A DNA stretch of 64,000 nt from Escherichia coli O157:H7 (lineage in GTDB: Bacteria; Pseudomonadota; Gammaproteobacteria; Enterobacterales; Enterobacteriaceae), in NCBI RefSeq assembly GCF_013167455.1, contig NZ_CP038328.1; one strand, 5' to 3'. Position numbers and translations under genes: made by a program. The notes below the pieces were generated by a model. It did not search any database. It was not told the origin of the DNA and saw only the letters and a program-made list of their open reading frames with translations. Within the stretch, counting starts at the first letter, position 1, and each line of letters begins with the position of its first letter. Below, in pieces: positions 50,128 through 60,658 of the stretch.

Positions 50128-51192
50128 ATGAGTAAAGTGAAAAGTATCACCCGTGAATCCTGGATCCTGAGCACTTTCCCGGAGTGGGGTAGCTGGTTGA
50201 ATGAAGAAATTGAACAAGAACAGGTCGCTCCTGGCACATTTGCGATGTGGTGGCTTGGCTGCACCGGGATCTGGTTGAAATCGGAAGGTGGCACCAACGT
50301 TTGCGTTGATTTCTGGTGCGGCACTGGCAAACAAAGTCACGGTAACCCGTTAATGAAACAGGGTCACCAGATGCAGCGCATGGCTGGCGTGAAAAAACTG
50401 CAGCCAAACCTGCGTACCACCCCGTTTGTTCTTGATCCGTTTGCGATTCGCCAGATCGACGCGGTACTGGCGACTCACGATCACAACGATCATATCGACG
50501 TTAACGTCGCTGCTGCCGTGATGCAGAACTGTGCTGATGACGTACCGTTTATCGGACCGAAAACCTGTGTGGATTTGTGGATTGGCTGGGGCGTACCGAA
50601 AGAGCGTTGCATCGTGGTCAAACCGGGCGATGTAGTAAAAGTGAAAGACATTGAAATTCATGCGCTTGATGCTTTCGACCGTACTGCACTGATCACCCTG
50701 CCTGCCGATCAAAAAGCGGCTGGCGTACTGCCAGATGGCATGGACGATCGCGCGGTGAACTACCTGTTCAAAACGCCTGGCGGCTCCCTGTATCACAGCG
50801 GCGACTCCCACTACTCTAACTATTATGCGAAGCACGGTAACGAACATCAGATCGACGTGGCGTTAGGATCGTACGGCGAAAACCCGCGCGGTATCACCGA
50901 CAAGATGACCAGCGCCGATATGCTGCGTATGGGTGAAGCGCTGAATGCGAAAGTGGTTATCCCGTTCCACCACGATATCTGGTCAAACTTCCAGGCCGAT
51001 CCGCAAGAGATCCGCGTGCTGTGGGAGATGAAAAAAGATCGTCTGAAGTATGGCTTCAAGCCGTTTATCTGGCAGGTGGGCGGCAAATTTACCTGGCCGC
51101 TGGATAAAGACAACTTCGAGTACCACTATCCGCGCGGTTTCGATGATTGCTTCACTATTGAACCGGATCTGCCGTTCAAGTCATTCCTGTAA
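50128..51192 (+). CDS. ulaG: L-ascorbate-6-phosphate lactonase (metallo-beta-lactamase fold), 354 aa
   Basis: ORF-track 50122..51192 trimmed to [14 protein letters not shown]; HxHxDH metal motif (THDHNDHID). Confidence 0.95.
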
Positions 51193-51213
51193 TCTGTCGT
51201 TTATACCGGATAG

Positions 51214-51245
51214 CGTGGAGAAGTTCGCGCTATCCGGCGTAGTAT
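51214..51245 (+). terminator. stem-loop downstream of ulaG
   Basis: CCGGATAGCG...CGCTATCCGG 10-bp arms. Confidence 0.5.
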
Positions 51246-51299
51246 TTCCTGGCTATTTCAAATATCATCTAAAAAAATCAAATTTTATCGGAATAGCTC

Positions 51300-52055
51300 A
51301 TGACTGAAGCACAAAGACATCAAATCCTCCTGGAAATGCTCGCACAATTGGGCTTTGTGACCGTTGAGAAAGTCGTTGAGCGTCTGGGAATTTCGCCTGC
51401 CACTGCGCGACGCGATATCAATAAACTTGACGAAAGCGGCAAACTGAAAAAAGTGCGCAATGGTGCAGAAGCTATTACCCAACAGCGCCCGCGCTGGACG
51501 CCGATGAATCTGCATCAGGCGCAGAATCACGATGAAAAAGTACGTATCGCTAAAGCGGCCTCGCAGCTGGTTAATCCGGGCGAAAGCGTAGTCATCAACT
51601 GCGGCTCCACCGCGTTTCTGCTTGGGCGGGAAATGTGTGGCAAGCCAGTGCAAATCATCACTAATTATCTACCGCTGGCAAATTACCTGATCGATCAAGA
51701 ACATGACAGCGTGATCATTATGGGCGGACAGTACAACAAAAGTCAGTCCATCACTTTAAGCCCGCAGGGCAGCGAAAACAGTCTCTATGCCGGGCACTGG
51801 ATGTTTACCAGCGGAAAAGGGCTGACCGCAGAAGGGTTGTATAAAACCGATATGCTGACAGCAATGGCAGAGCAGAAGATGCTGAGCGTGGTAGGGAAAC
51901 TGGTGGTACTGGTTGATAGCAGTAAGATTGGCGAACGCGCGGGAATGCTTTTTAGCCGTGCCGATCAAATCGATATGCTTATCACCGGCAAAAATGCTAA
52001 CCCGGAAATCCTGCAACAACTGGAAGCGCAAGGGGTCAGCATTCTGCGTGTTTAA
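51300..52055 (+). CDS. ulaR: DeoR-family repressor of the ula regulon, 251 aa
   Basis: Full ORF with N-terminal HTH and DeoR C-terminal sugar-phosphate-binding region; 3' end overlaps convergent yjfP by 4 nt. Confidence 0.95.
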
Positions 52056-52801
52056 AGATGCTGGCGGAAAAATGTCACGGCAGCATCTAACGCCTCAGGC
52101 GTAATGCGGTGACGCACGCCTGGCTGCCATGAACAGGTTAGCAGTTTATCCCGTCCCGTCTCGCTTAAGGCCTGCTGCAAACGTAGTGATTCGTCGGCAG
52201 GCACAACGTCATCGTCGAGGCCATACCACAGCAGTAGAGGTCTGTCACTAAGTTGTTCCAGGTGGTTTGTCGCTTCCCACTCTGCCAGTGGCGCGACAAT
52301 GTTATTGAATTCATTCTGCTGTGCTACCGTTTCAGGTATCAGCGGTGGAAACAGTGAACGGGCGAGTGATGTAAAATAGCCCGATCCCATCATGCTGGCG
52401 GTACATCTCACCGTGGGGTGGCGAGCGGTAATCCCCAGTGCCGTCATCGCGCCCATCGACGCACCACCGACTGCCAGACGGTCATCAAGCAGCCACTTTT
52501 CTTCGGCTATTGCCGCACGTAAAGTAGTGAATTCCTGCATACTTTGTAGCAAGATTTGCCAGAATTGATTTAACCGCCGCGCTGCGTCACCACTAAAACG
52601 GCTACCGTGATCGGGCGCATCCGGCATGATCACCCGCAAACCAGCCTGCGCCAGCGCAACGGCAAAATAGCTATACACCAGACTGGACGAAGTAAAGCCG
52701 TGATAAAAAATCACGCACGGTAACGGGGTATCTTTTTGTCCGACAGGATAAGCATGAAGAACGGGAATATCTGCCAGCTCGCGTGATTCTATTTCAATCA
52801 T
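52052..52801 (-). CDS. yjfP: alpha/beta-hydrolase esterase YjfP, 249 aa
   Basis: Full ORF; GxSxG nucleophile motif (GGASMGA). Confidence 0.9.
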
Positions 52802-52982
52802 CTGTCTCTCCTTTTTGTCTGGTATGACATGAAGAAATCCTTAGCACAAGTTTCTGCTGGCGGTATTAGTTCATAATGTTGAGATGTGGGTTACGCTTTC
52901 GTCACGTTTTCATTCGAAAATCGCGTACCAGGTAACAATTCGGGAACATTCCCCCAAAGTTAAATTAATAAGGCACTACACT

Positions 52983-53312
52983 ATGGTTAGCAGGAAACGT
53001 AATAGCGTTATTTACCGGTTTGCCAGTTTATTATTGGTGTTGATGTTAAGTGCCTGTAGCGCACTGCAAGGTACGCCACAGCCAGCACCGCCAGTAACGG
53101 ACCATCCGCAAGAGATTCGCCGCGACCAGACGCAAGGGTTACAGCGAATAGGTAGCGTAAGCACAATGGTTCGGGGTTCTCCGGATGACGCATTAGCAGA
53201 AATCAGAGCAAAAGCTGTCGCTGCAAAAGCTGATTATTACGTTGTCGTCATGGTGGACGAAACCATCGTGACAGGACAGTGGTATTCACAAGCCATTTTG
53301 TACCGTAAATAA
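52983..53312 (+). CDS. bsmA: DUF1471-family lipoprotein BsmA (YjfO), 109 aa
   Basis: ORF-track 52884..53312 trimmed to MVSRKRNSVIYRFASLLLVLMLSACSA (lipobox LSAC). Confidence 0.85.
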   Translation: MVSRKRNSVIYRFASLLLVLMLSACSALQGTPQPAPPVTDHPQEIRRDQTQGLQRIGSVSTMVRGSPDDALAEIRAKAVAAKADYYVVVMVDETIVTGQWYSQAILYRK

Positions 53313-53460
53313 ATCAGACAACTTACATAGTCAGCTTTACATTGCTTTGCGTCCCTATGCGTTTACCTGTGCACAATAAATTACCGGCTGGAAGCCTGGG
53401 CGTTTATTACCGCGATGGAATGCCCTGCAACATGTGGGGAAACGAAAAATGGAGCTGACG

Positions 53461-53736
53461 ATGAAACAATTACTTGCCTCACCCTCGCTGCAATTAGTGA
53501 CTTATCCTGCGAGCGCCACGGCACAGTCTGCAGAATTCGCCAGTGCTGACTGCGTGACGGGCCTGAATGAAATAGGTCAGATCTCAGTTAGCAATATTTC
53601 AGGGGATCCGCAGGACGTGGAACGTATCGTGGCGTTAAAGGCCGATGAACAAGGTGCGTCATGGTACCGCATTATTACCATGTACGAAGACCAGCAGCCT
53701 GATAACTGGCGCGTACAGGCGATACTGTATGCATGA
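53461..53736 (+). CDS. yjfN: DUF1471-family small periplasmic protein YjfN, 91 aa
   Basis: ORF-track 53434..53736 trimmed to MKQLLASPSLQLVTYPASATA; C-terminus resembles yjfY and bsmA. Confidence 0.85.
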   Translation: MKQLLASPSLQLVTYPASATAQSAEFASADCVTGLNEIGQISVSNISGDPQDVERIVALKADEQGASWYRIITMYEDQQPDNWRVQAILYA

Positions 53737-53757
53737 GTGTCATCTACAGCAAATGAA

Positions 53758-53798
53758 CAATGCCGGATGCGGCGCGAGCGCCTTGTCCGGCCTACAAT
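53758..53798. repeat. REP element downstream of yjfN
   Basis: GCCGGATGCGGCGCGAGCGCCTTGTCCGGCCTAC motif. Confidence 0.8.
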
Positions 53799-53852
53799 TT
53801 TCACATATTTCATTTAGTTAATCGAAACCAGCGTCGCATCAGTCGTATACGC

Positions 53853-55478
53853 TTACACACACACTCCCCCCGTCGCCCGCAGCAATAAATCATTCTGGAT
53901 CTGCTCTGACAACCGTACGCCGCCGCGCGTATCTAACATCACCTGACACCACGCCTGCGCCATTGGCGGAGAAGCATATTTCAACATTTGCGCACCGCAG
54001 CCCAGCAGGAATAGCTGATGAGTAATCTCTCGCCCCAGTTCTTCAGCTGGCTTACGCAGCTGCTGCTGTAAACGACGAACCGCGCAATCAAAATAGCGAT
54101 CCTGCCCTTTCACTTCTACAAATGCTTCCGACAATAAGTCGTATACGCCCGCTTGCTTATTGAGAACGCGCAGCACATCCAGGCACATAATATTGCCGGA
54201 ACCTTCCCAAATACTGTTTACCGGCATCTCCCGGTAAAGCCGCGGCAGCTCGCTCTCCTCGCAATAACCAATGCCGCCCAGCACCTCCATCGCTTCGGCC
54301 ACAAACGGCATACCTCGTTTGCAGATCACAAATTTTGCCGCAGGCGTAAATAAACGCGCCCACAGAGCTTCTTTGGCATCGGCGCGCCGGTCCCACGCTC
54401 GCGCAAGACGAAACAGCAACGCCGTTTGCCCTTCAAGCTGAAGTGCCATGCGACTTAAGACATGACGCATAAGGGGCTGTTGGATCAATGGATTACCAAA
54501 AACATGGCGTTGATGCGCATGATAAATCGCCAGCGAGAACGCACGGCGCATCATGGCATGGCTACCCAGGGCGCAATCAAAACGCGTCATCCCCCCCATT
54601 TTCAGGATCAGACGAATTCCTTCCCCTTCCTGCCCCAATAACCAGCCAATGGCATCCTGAAACTCCACTTCACAACTGGCGTTAGAGCGATTACCCAGCT
54701 TATCTTTCAGCCGCTCGAGGCGAATCGCGTTGCGTTGCCCGTCAGGCAAAAAGCGCGGCACAAAAAAGCAGGACAAACCGCCCGCGGTCTGCGCCAGCAC
54801 CAGATGCGCATCGCTTTGCGGAACTGAGAAAAACCATTTATGCCCCACCAGCCGATAAGAGCCATCCTCCAGACGCTCTGCGCGGGTGGTGTTGCTCATG
54901 ACATCGGAACCGCCCTGCTTTTCCGTCATTCCCATGCCAATCAACAAACCGCGTTTTTGCCCACCTGGCAATAAGTGAGAATCGTAGCGATCGCTCAACA
55001 GCGGTGTGGTCCAGTCCTGAAACGGCGCGGGTAACATCTGTAACAACAATGGCGTGGCGGCAAAGGTCATGGTTATCGGACATAACGACCCCGCCTCAAC
55101 CTGTGCGTGCAACATAAAACGCGCCGCGCGCGCCACAAATGCGCCGGAGCGAGCGTCTTCTTCCCAGGCAAGATTGTGCACCCGATTGGTACATAGTGCC
55201 TGCATCAGCAGGTGCCAGGCGGGGTGAAAACGCACATCGTCCAGACGGCGTCCTTGCGCATCGTAGCGCAACAGTTCAGGCGGATTCACATTCGCCAGCC
55301 GCCCCAGTTCAAGGGATTCAGCCGTTCCTAACTGCTGACCAATACTGGCTAGAAAATCGCTATCCCAGCCAGCACCTTCACGCGTTACCGCTTCGCAAAG
55401 CGCGCCATCAGACAGGTATAAGTTGCTGTTATTTAATGGTATAGGTTGATTAAAAACGGTGTGAGTTTGCCAGTGCAC
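53853..55478 (-). CDS. aidB: acyl-CoA-dehydrogenase-like adaptive-response protein AidB, 541 aa
   Basis: ORF-track 53853..55496; start set to the GTG giving (M)HWQTHTVFNQPIPLNNSNLY; acyl-CoA dehydrogenase fold. Confidence 0.92.
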   Translation of the reverse strand: MHWQTHTVFNQPIPLNNSNLYLSDGALCEAVTREGAGWDSDFLASIGQQLGTAESLELGRLANVNPPELLRYDAQGRRLDDVRFHPAWHLLMQALCTNRVHNLAWEEDARSGAFVARAARFMLHAQVEAGSLCPITMTFAATPLLLQMLPAPFQDWTTPLLSDRYDSHLLPGGQKRGLLIGMGMTEKQGGSDVMSNTTRAERLEDGSYRLVGHKWFFSVPQSDAHLVLAQTAGGLSCFFVPRFLPDGQRNAIRLERLKDKLGNRSNASCEVEFQDAIGWLLGQEGEGIRLILKMGGMTRFDCALGSHAMMRRAFSLAIYHAHQRHVFGNPLIQQPLMRHVLSRMALQLEGQTALLFRLARAWDRRADAKEALWARLFTPAAKFVICKRGMPFVAEAMEVLGGIGYCEESELPRLYREMPVNSIWEGSGNIMCLDVLRVLNKQAGVYDLLSEAFVEVKGQDRYFDCAVRRLQQQLRKPAEELGREITHQLFLLGCGAQMLKYASPPMAQAWCQVMLDTRGGVRLSEQIQNDLLLRATGGVCV

Positions 55479-55561
55479 TGTGTCTCCCTCCATCAATGGC
55501 AGTCACCATTAGTATGGTCACTGCCATGGATTCATGACAGAAAGAGATTGCTAAAACATTC

Positions 55562-56725
55562 TTATCCAGCAATGTAATGCGGAACGAAACGTGAGGTGTC
55601 TTTGGTGATCAGTGTGTTATCTTCACGGATCCCCATTCCGCACGCTTCATCATCGACAATCCAGCTACCGATGAGTGTGTAGCTATCGCCAAACCGCGGC
55701 AGAGGTTGAAACGCCTGGTAGATCATCGGTTCATCGGCGTAATCACCATCAGCGTGGTCAACGACGTTATTCTGGCCGTCGAAAATGGTGACATTTCCGC
55801 CTTCGCGCGAGTAGATCGGTTTACGCACATAGCTTTCGCCAGCGGCAATCTGCGGTTTTTCACCCTCAAACCAGGATGCAAGAAGGTTAGGATGACCAGG
55901 GAAGAAGCGCCAAAGCAGCGGCATTAGCCCTTTATTACTCAAGATACTTTTCCATAACGGCTCCACCCATTGCTCGCGACGCTTGCGCAGCAGCGGACCG
56001 TTATCGTCACGCATCATCCACTCCAGCGGATACAGCTTAAATGCACGCTGGATGACATTATCATCAAGATCGGTCAGTACGCCGCCGACGCCCAAACCGA
56101 GATCTTCAATGTAGATAAACCGCGACTCCTGCCCTGCCTGCTGGGCGCAGTCCTGCAAGTACAGCACGGTACTCCTGTCTTCATCGGTGTCCTGACAGCA
56201 GCAAAAATAAAACGGTTCCCGACTGTAAAGCTCGCTAAAGCGTGAAATCAGGCGTTCCTGAATAGCATTGTACTGATCGGCATCACGCGGAATAATGCCG
56301 CTGCGCCGGGCATCCTCCAGCCACAGCCACTGGAAATAAGCCGACTCGTACAATGAAGTTGGCGTATCGGCGTTGTACTCCAGCAGCTTCACCGGCGCAT
56401 TGCCACACCAGGCAAAATCCATCCGTCCATACAGCGAAGGATCGCGGGCGCGCCAGCTTTCAGCGATCACATCCCAGTACAACGGCGGGATCGCCAGTTG
56501 CGTCAGGATCTCTTCATCTTTTACCGCGCGATCCACCACCTCAAGGCACATCTGATGCAGTTCCGCAGTCGGTTTTTCGATCTGCTCTTCAATCTGGCGC
56601 AGAGTAAAACGGTAAGCCCGACTCTCATCCCAATAGATTTCATTGTCGATGATATGAAAGTCGAAACCGTTGTCAGCGGCGATCTGGTCCAGATCCCGTC
56701 GCACAGGAACGTTGTGTCTCAGCAT
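55562..56725 (-). CDS. yjfC: ATP-grasp protein YjfC (glutathionylspermidine-synthetase-like), 387 aa
   Basis: ORF-track 55562..56740 trimmed to MLRHNVPVRRDLDQIAADNGFDFHIID; 2 nt downstream of yjfM. Confidence 0.9.
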   Translation of the reverse strand: MLRHNVPVRRDLDQIAADNGFDFHIIDNEIYWDESRAYRFTLRQIEEQIEKPTAELHQMCLEVVDRAVKDEEILTQLAIPPLYWDVIAESWRARDPSLYGRMDFAWCGNAPVKLLEYNADTPTSLYESAYFQWLWLEDARRSGIIPRDADQYNAIQERLISRFSELYSREPFYFCCCQDTDEDRSTVLYLQDCAQQAGQESRFIYIEDLGLGVGGVLTDLDDNVIQRAFKLYPLEWMMRDDNGPLLRKRREQWVEPLWKSILSNKGLMPLLWRFFPGHPNLLASWFEGEKPQIAAGESYVRKPIYSREGGNVTIFDGQNNVVDHADGDYADEPMIYQAFQPLPRFGDSYTLIGSWIVDDEACGMGIREDNTLITKDTSRFVPHYIAG

Positions 56726-56727
56726 GA

Positions 56728-57366
56728 TTAGCCTCCCCAATGCCCACGGGCGCTGGAAGAACGACCATAGCCGCCGCGAGAAACGGTTGACGCTTTTTTG
56801 GTGGTAAAGCCGCCTGAAGAGTAAGACTCTTTTTTGCCAGAACCGGAGCGCCAGGAGTAATCACCGGAAGTGTTGCGCCAGACGGGGCGGGAAGCAAATG
56901 AGGATCCGCCGCTGTTATAGACAAACGGCTCATCGCGATCTTTACGAATAACCCGGCTTAACAAAAATCCAGAAACGACCGGGATCCAACTCTGTTCAAC
57001 ATTGTCGTAGTAGCAATTTTCGTACTTAGACTGACAGTTCTGCTGAGTCATATTCTTCGGAACATCGGCATAAAATGCCGCTTTGGCGTTGTTCCAGCCA
57101 CGCGCGCAAATGTCGGCATTATTACCGTCATCAATACAATCCTGCACTGTCGAATAAAACGTTCCGTCGCCGTCGTTATCGACATCGCCACTATCGCCAC
57201 AACCTTTCAATACAAAAAAAGCGGCACCGCCCATTAGCGCCAACGTTAAGTATTTTTGTGCGTAGCGATTGCGACGCGGTTCAAAAGGATTATTCGGTCT
57301 ACCAATGCGACTGATCGCTCCGTGACCAATTTTACTGTTATTTCTTGATTTGCGTTTTCTGGCCAT
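56728..57366 (-). CDS. yjfM: uncharacterized protein YjfM (DUF1190), 212 aa
   Basis: Full ORF; basic N-terminus, one hydrophobic segment, Gly/Ser-rich C-terminal tail. Confidence 0.85.
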   Translation of the reverse strand: MARKRKSRNNSKIGHGAISRIGRPNNPFEPRRNRYAQKYLTLALMGGAAFFVLKGCGDSGDVDNDGDGTFYSTVQDCIDDGNNADICARGWNNAKAAFYADVPKNMTQQNCQSKYENCYYDNVEQSWIPVVSGFLLSRVIRKDRDEPFVYNSGGSSFASRPVWRNTSGDYSWRSGSGKKESYSSGGFTTKKASTVSRGGYGRSSSARGHWGG

Positions 57367-57375
57367 GATCGTCCA

Positions 57376-57774
57376 TTACCATGTCATACAAGCTGCGTTA
57401 AAAATACCGCCAGCCAGCGCGGCGGTTCCCATAAACATTCCTGCTGCGGTATTGTGATTAATAATTTTTTCGCTTAATGCGGGCATATAAAGTCTGACAC
57501 CAGCAAAAACGAGTAACTGAATCACCAGTGCAATCCCGCCCCAGGCGAAATAGTCTGGAATACTCACCGCATTGATTGCCGCACTGGATAAGGGGATCAC
57601 GTAACCCAACAATGTACCGCTGAACGCCAGTGACGCTGCGGTATTATTGTTTTTGATTAATTGCCATTCATTGTGCGGTGTAATTTTGGAGTAGATAAAC
57701 AGAAAAATAATCACCATAGCCACGCCAATAAAAAAATAGGCACTAAAGGCAAGAAGTGAATCCAGTATATGCAT
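57376..57774 (-). CDS. yjfL: small inner-membrane protein YjfL (DUF350), 132 aa
   Basis: ORF-track 57376..57855 trimmed to the ATG giving MHILDSLLAFSAYFFIGVAMVIIFLF; four hydrophobic segments. Confidence 0.85.
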   Translation of the reverse strand: MHILDSLLAFSAYFFIGVAMVIIFLFIYSKITPHNEWQLIKNNNTAASLAFSGTLLGYVIPLSSAAINAVSIPDYFAWGGIALVIQLLVFAGVRLYMPALSEKIINHNTAAGMFMGTAALAGGIFNAACMTW

Positions 57775-57791
57775 TGTAAACGTCCTTGTAA

Positions 57792-58451
57792 TTAACCAAT
57801 AATATGAAGTGATGTCAGCGGGATATCGACACCCAACGCGCGCGAAAATAACCACTCTGGCTCGCCGAGATCGTTAAAAGATTCCTCACCATTTAGCAGC
57901 AAATATTCGTAAGTATCTTCGGTCACTTGCCGCTGGTAGCCCATGGTAAAATTATGGACTTCCCATTTAGCATGATTTTGATTTTCTACTTTTTCCAGCA
58001 TGTAGACGGGTTCGATATTTCCCGGTTCTTCGCTGTTAAAAAATCGCTGCCAGCGTTTTTCCTGCCAGTTTAAGGTCATTGCCCCCATCGTTTTGGCGTT
58101 GATCGCCTCGCGCCAGTGATTCTCTTTACTGATACCGTAGCTCTCTTCATAGACAAAGAGCTTGATATCATCAATGTCATCAATATCTTCGCCGCCGGTG
58201 GTATTGATTTGCAGAAACTCATCGCCTGAAGTGTAGTAGCGGAAAATCTGACTACCGCCGCCCAGATCGATGTGGCTGACAGCGACTACCGTAAATTCCT
58301 CACCCGGCAGCGCAATCAGCAATTCATCTTCCAGCAAACGAAACGCTAACGTGTCGAGCGTAAAGCCACTATTGAGATGAAGTCCCAGCGGACCGCGAGC
58401 GATAGCAGGCTTATTATCCTTGCCAAACAGACGCTGGAAAAAACCAGACAT
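57792..58451 (-). CDS. yjfK: uncharacterized protein YjfK (DUF2491), 219 aa
   Basis: Full ORF in tight series with yjfJ and yjfL. Confidence 0.85.
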   Translation of the reverse strand: MSGFFQRLFGKDNKPAIARGPLGLHLNSGFTLDTLAFRLLEDELLIALPGEEFTVVAVSHIDLGGGSQIFRYYTSGDEFLQINTTGGEDIDDIDDIKLFVYEESYGISKENHWREAINAKTMGAMTLNWQEKRWQRFFNSEEPGNIEPVYMLEKVENQNHAKWEVHNFTMGYQRQVTEDTYEYLLLNGEESFNDLGEPEWLFSRALGVDIPLTSLHIIG

Positions 58452-58501
58452 ATTTTATCCTTAAAATAGTTGCCAGCCTTGCAGTGAGGCTGGCAAAAAA
58501 A

Positions 58502-59200
58502 TTACTCGCCCTGTTGGCGTTGCAGTCTTGCTAATACATCCTGGGCGCTACTTTTATTGCTACCGCCAATTCCGGCTTCCGCCAGCTTTTCGTCAAGGTC
58601 GCGACCGTCTGCGACTTTTTCTAACTGTGCGGCAGCATCCAGGCGAGCCTGACGTTCGGCCTGACGCGTTTGCAGGCGTTTTAAGGATTCTGCTGCTGTC
58701 GAAACGCTGGAAGATGCGCCAACGGTAGAAGTCGTTACAGCCTGTTGTGCACGCTGCATGGCTTCAGTGGCTTTAACGACTTCCATTTGCTGCTCAAACT
58801 GAGCGATACGCTGCGCTGTCGCTGCAACTGCTTTTTCCACGCCATCACGGGAGACTTCCAGATTCGACAACACTTGCTCTTCAGCGGTAATGAGATTCTC
58901 AAGGCGCGCGATTTCTTCAGCAACTTCGTTAATCAACGACGGATTAACGTTCTTGCTTAACGCTTCCAGCGTACGGGCTTCCAGACTGGCTTTGCGCTCA
59001 CGTAAATCTTTCAGCTTATCGTGACTTAATTTCACCCGCGCCAGCAGATCAACGCGAGATTTTCCGGCTTTATCGAGTTCAGCTTTAGCGTCACGAATAT
59101 GCTGTTCCAGCATGCGCACACCCTGGGTTTCTTCAATGGATTCTTCCGCCTGGGAGATAAACGATTTCCCCAGCGTAAATAAACTTTTTAAAATTCCCAT
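58502..59200 (-). CDS. yjfJ: PspA/IM30-family protein YjfJ, 232 aa
   Basis: Full ORF; long coiled-coil sequence typical of PspA/Vipp1 (ESCRT-III-like) proteins. Confidence 0.9.
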   Translation of the reverse strand: MGILKSLFTLGKSFISQAEESIEETQGVRMLEQHIRDAKAELDKAGKSRVDLLARVKLSHDKLKDLRERKASLEARTLEALSKNVNPSLINEVAEEIARLENLITAEEQVLSNLEVSRDGVEKAVAATAQRIAQFEQQMEVVKATEAMQRAQQAVTTSTVGASSSVSTAAESLKRLQTRQAERQARLDAAAQLEKVADGRDLDEKLAEAGIGGSNKSSAQDVLARLQRQQGE

Positions 59201-59218
59201 AAATACCCGTCCTTGTAA

Positions 59219-59620
59219 TTAGTGTGAATATTCTTCTGTAATTTCAGCCAGATCCAATGCGTTATCTACCAGCGAGGTTATCTCAAGCAGGATATCTTCA
59301 AGAGAAGATTTAAGCGATAACGCCCCGAAAACAATGTAATACTCTTCTTGTTGTACGCTGGAGATTCCTACCGATGACAACGGCATCATCTTCTGATTTC
59401 TTAATAAGAAGGTATTAAATTCATCTGGATTGCTGATACTACTCACCGGACAAATAAAGGTTTCGATAATCATTTGGCGGGAAGTAAAAAGAATATTGAT
59501 TTGCAAATCGCCATAATCATTCATTTTAATAATTAATGCGTTCTCGCTATTTGTTACATCAATATTTTGTTCAGGTACAGTTTGCAGCGCCGTCGCCAGC
59601 GCCAACGGATTCCATGTCAT
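59219..59620 (-). CDS. yjfI: uncharacterized protein YjfI (DUF2170), 133 aa
   Basis: Full ORF, first gene of the yjfIJKLMC series. Confidence 0.85.
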   Translation of the reverse strand: MTWNPLALATALQTVPEQNIDVTNSENALIIKMNDYGDLQINILFTSRQMIIETFICPVSSISNPDEFNTFLLRNQKMMPLSSVGISSVQQEEYYIVFGALSLKSSLEDILLEITSLVDNALDLAEITEEYSH

Positions 59621-59698
59621 ATATTATTCCATATAGATTAAGTTTAAATATTAATAAAATGAATATTTGCAATACGTAATTATCTTACCAGCTATAGA

Positions 59699-59727
59699 CA
59701 AAAAAAAACCATCCAAATCTGGATGGC
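59699..59727 (-). terminator. rho-independent terminator after rlmB
   Basis: Reverse strand GCCATCCA-GATT-TGGATGG hairpin followed by a run of ~9 T. Confidence 0.7.
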
Positions 59728-59746
59728 TTTTCATAATTCAGAGGAA

Positions 59747-60478
59747 CTAGCTGCGCTGACGAACCGCTTCAAATAAGCAAATTCCGGTTGCAACCGAAAC
59801 GTTCAGGGAAGAAACACTTCCTGCCATTGGGATGCTGATCAACTCATCGCAATGTTCACGGGTCAGGCGACGCATACCTTCACCTTCCGCGCCCATCACC
59901 AGCGCCAGGCGTCCGGTCATTTTGCTTTGATAGAGCGTATGATCCGCCTCACCTGCCGTACCGACGATCCAGATATTCTCTTCCTGCAACATACGCATGG
60001 TGCGCGCAAGGTTAGTCACCCGAATCAGTGGAACGCTTTCTGCCGCGCCGCAGGCTACTTTTTTCGCCGTGGCGTTGAGCTGTGCGGAGCGATCTTTCGG
60101 CACAATCACCGCGTGAACGCCAGCAGCGTCCGCGCTACGCAGGCACGCGCCGAGGTTGTGCGGATCGGTTACACCGTCGAGGATCAGCAGGAACGGTTGA
60201 TCGAGCGAAGCGATCAGATCCGGCAGATCGTTTTCCTGGTACTGACGTCCTGGCTTCACGCGGGCGATAATGCCCTGATGCACGGCACCGTCGCTTTTCT
60301 CGTCGAGATATTGGCGGTTTGCCAACTGGATAACCACGCCCTGGGACTCAAGGGCGTGGATCAGCGGTAACAGACGTTTATCTTCACGGCCTTTTAAAAT
60401 AAAGACTTCCTGAAAACGTTCAGGGGCGCGCTCCAGCAGGGCCTGCACTGCATGGATGCCGTAAATCATTTCGCTCAT
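59747..60478 (-). CDS. rlmB: 23S rRNA (guanosine2251-2'-O)-methyltransferase, 243 aa
   Basis: Full ORF; SpoU/TrmH-class methyltransferase sequence. Confidence 0.95.
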
Positions 60479-60504
60479 TAATGTACTCGTTGTTTACGTT
60501 TTGC

Positions 60505-60600
60505 CTGATGCACTACGTTTATCCGGTCTACATGATCCCTGCAATATATTGAATTTGCGTGATTATGTAGGCCGGATAAGGCGTTCACGCCGCATCCGGC
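60505..60600. repeat. REP elements between rnr and rlmB
   Basis: TTATCCGGTCTAC...GTAGGCCGGATAAGGCGTTCACGCCGCATCCGGCA motifs. Confidence 0.8.
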
Positions 60601-60658
60601 ATGAACAAAGCGCATTTTGTCAGCAATCTAACCCTCTTCTGTTTGAAGAGGGTAATGA

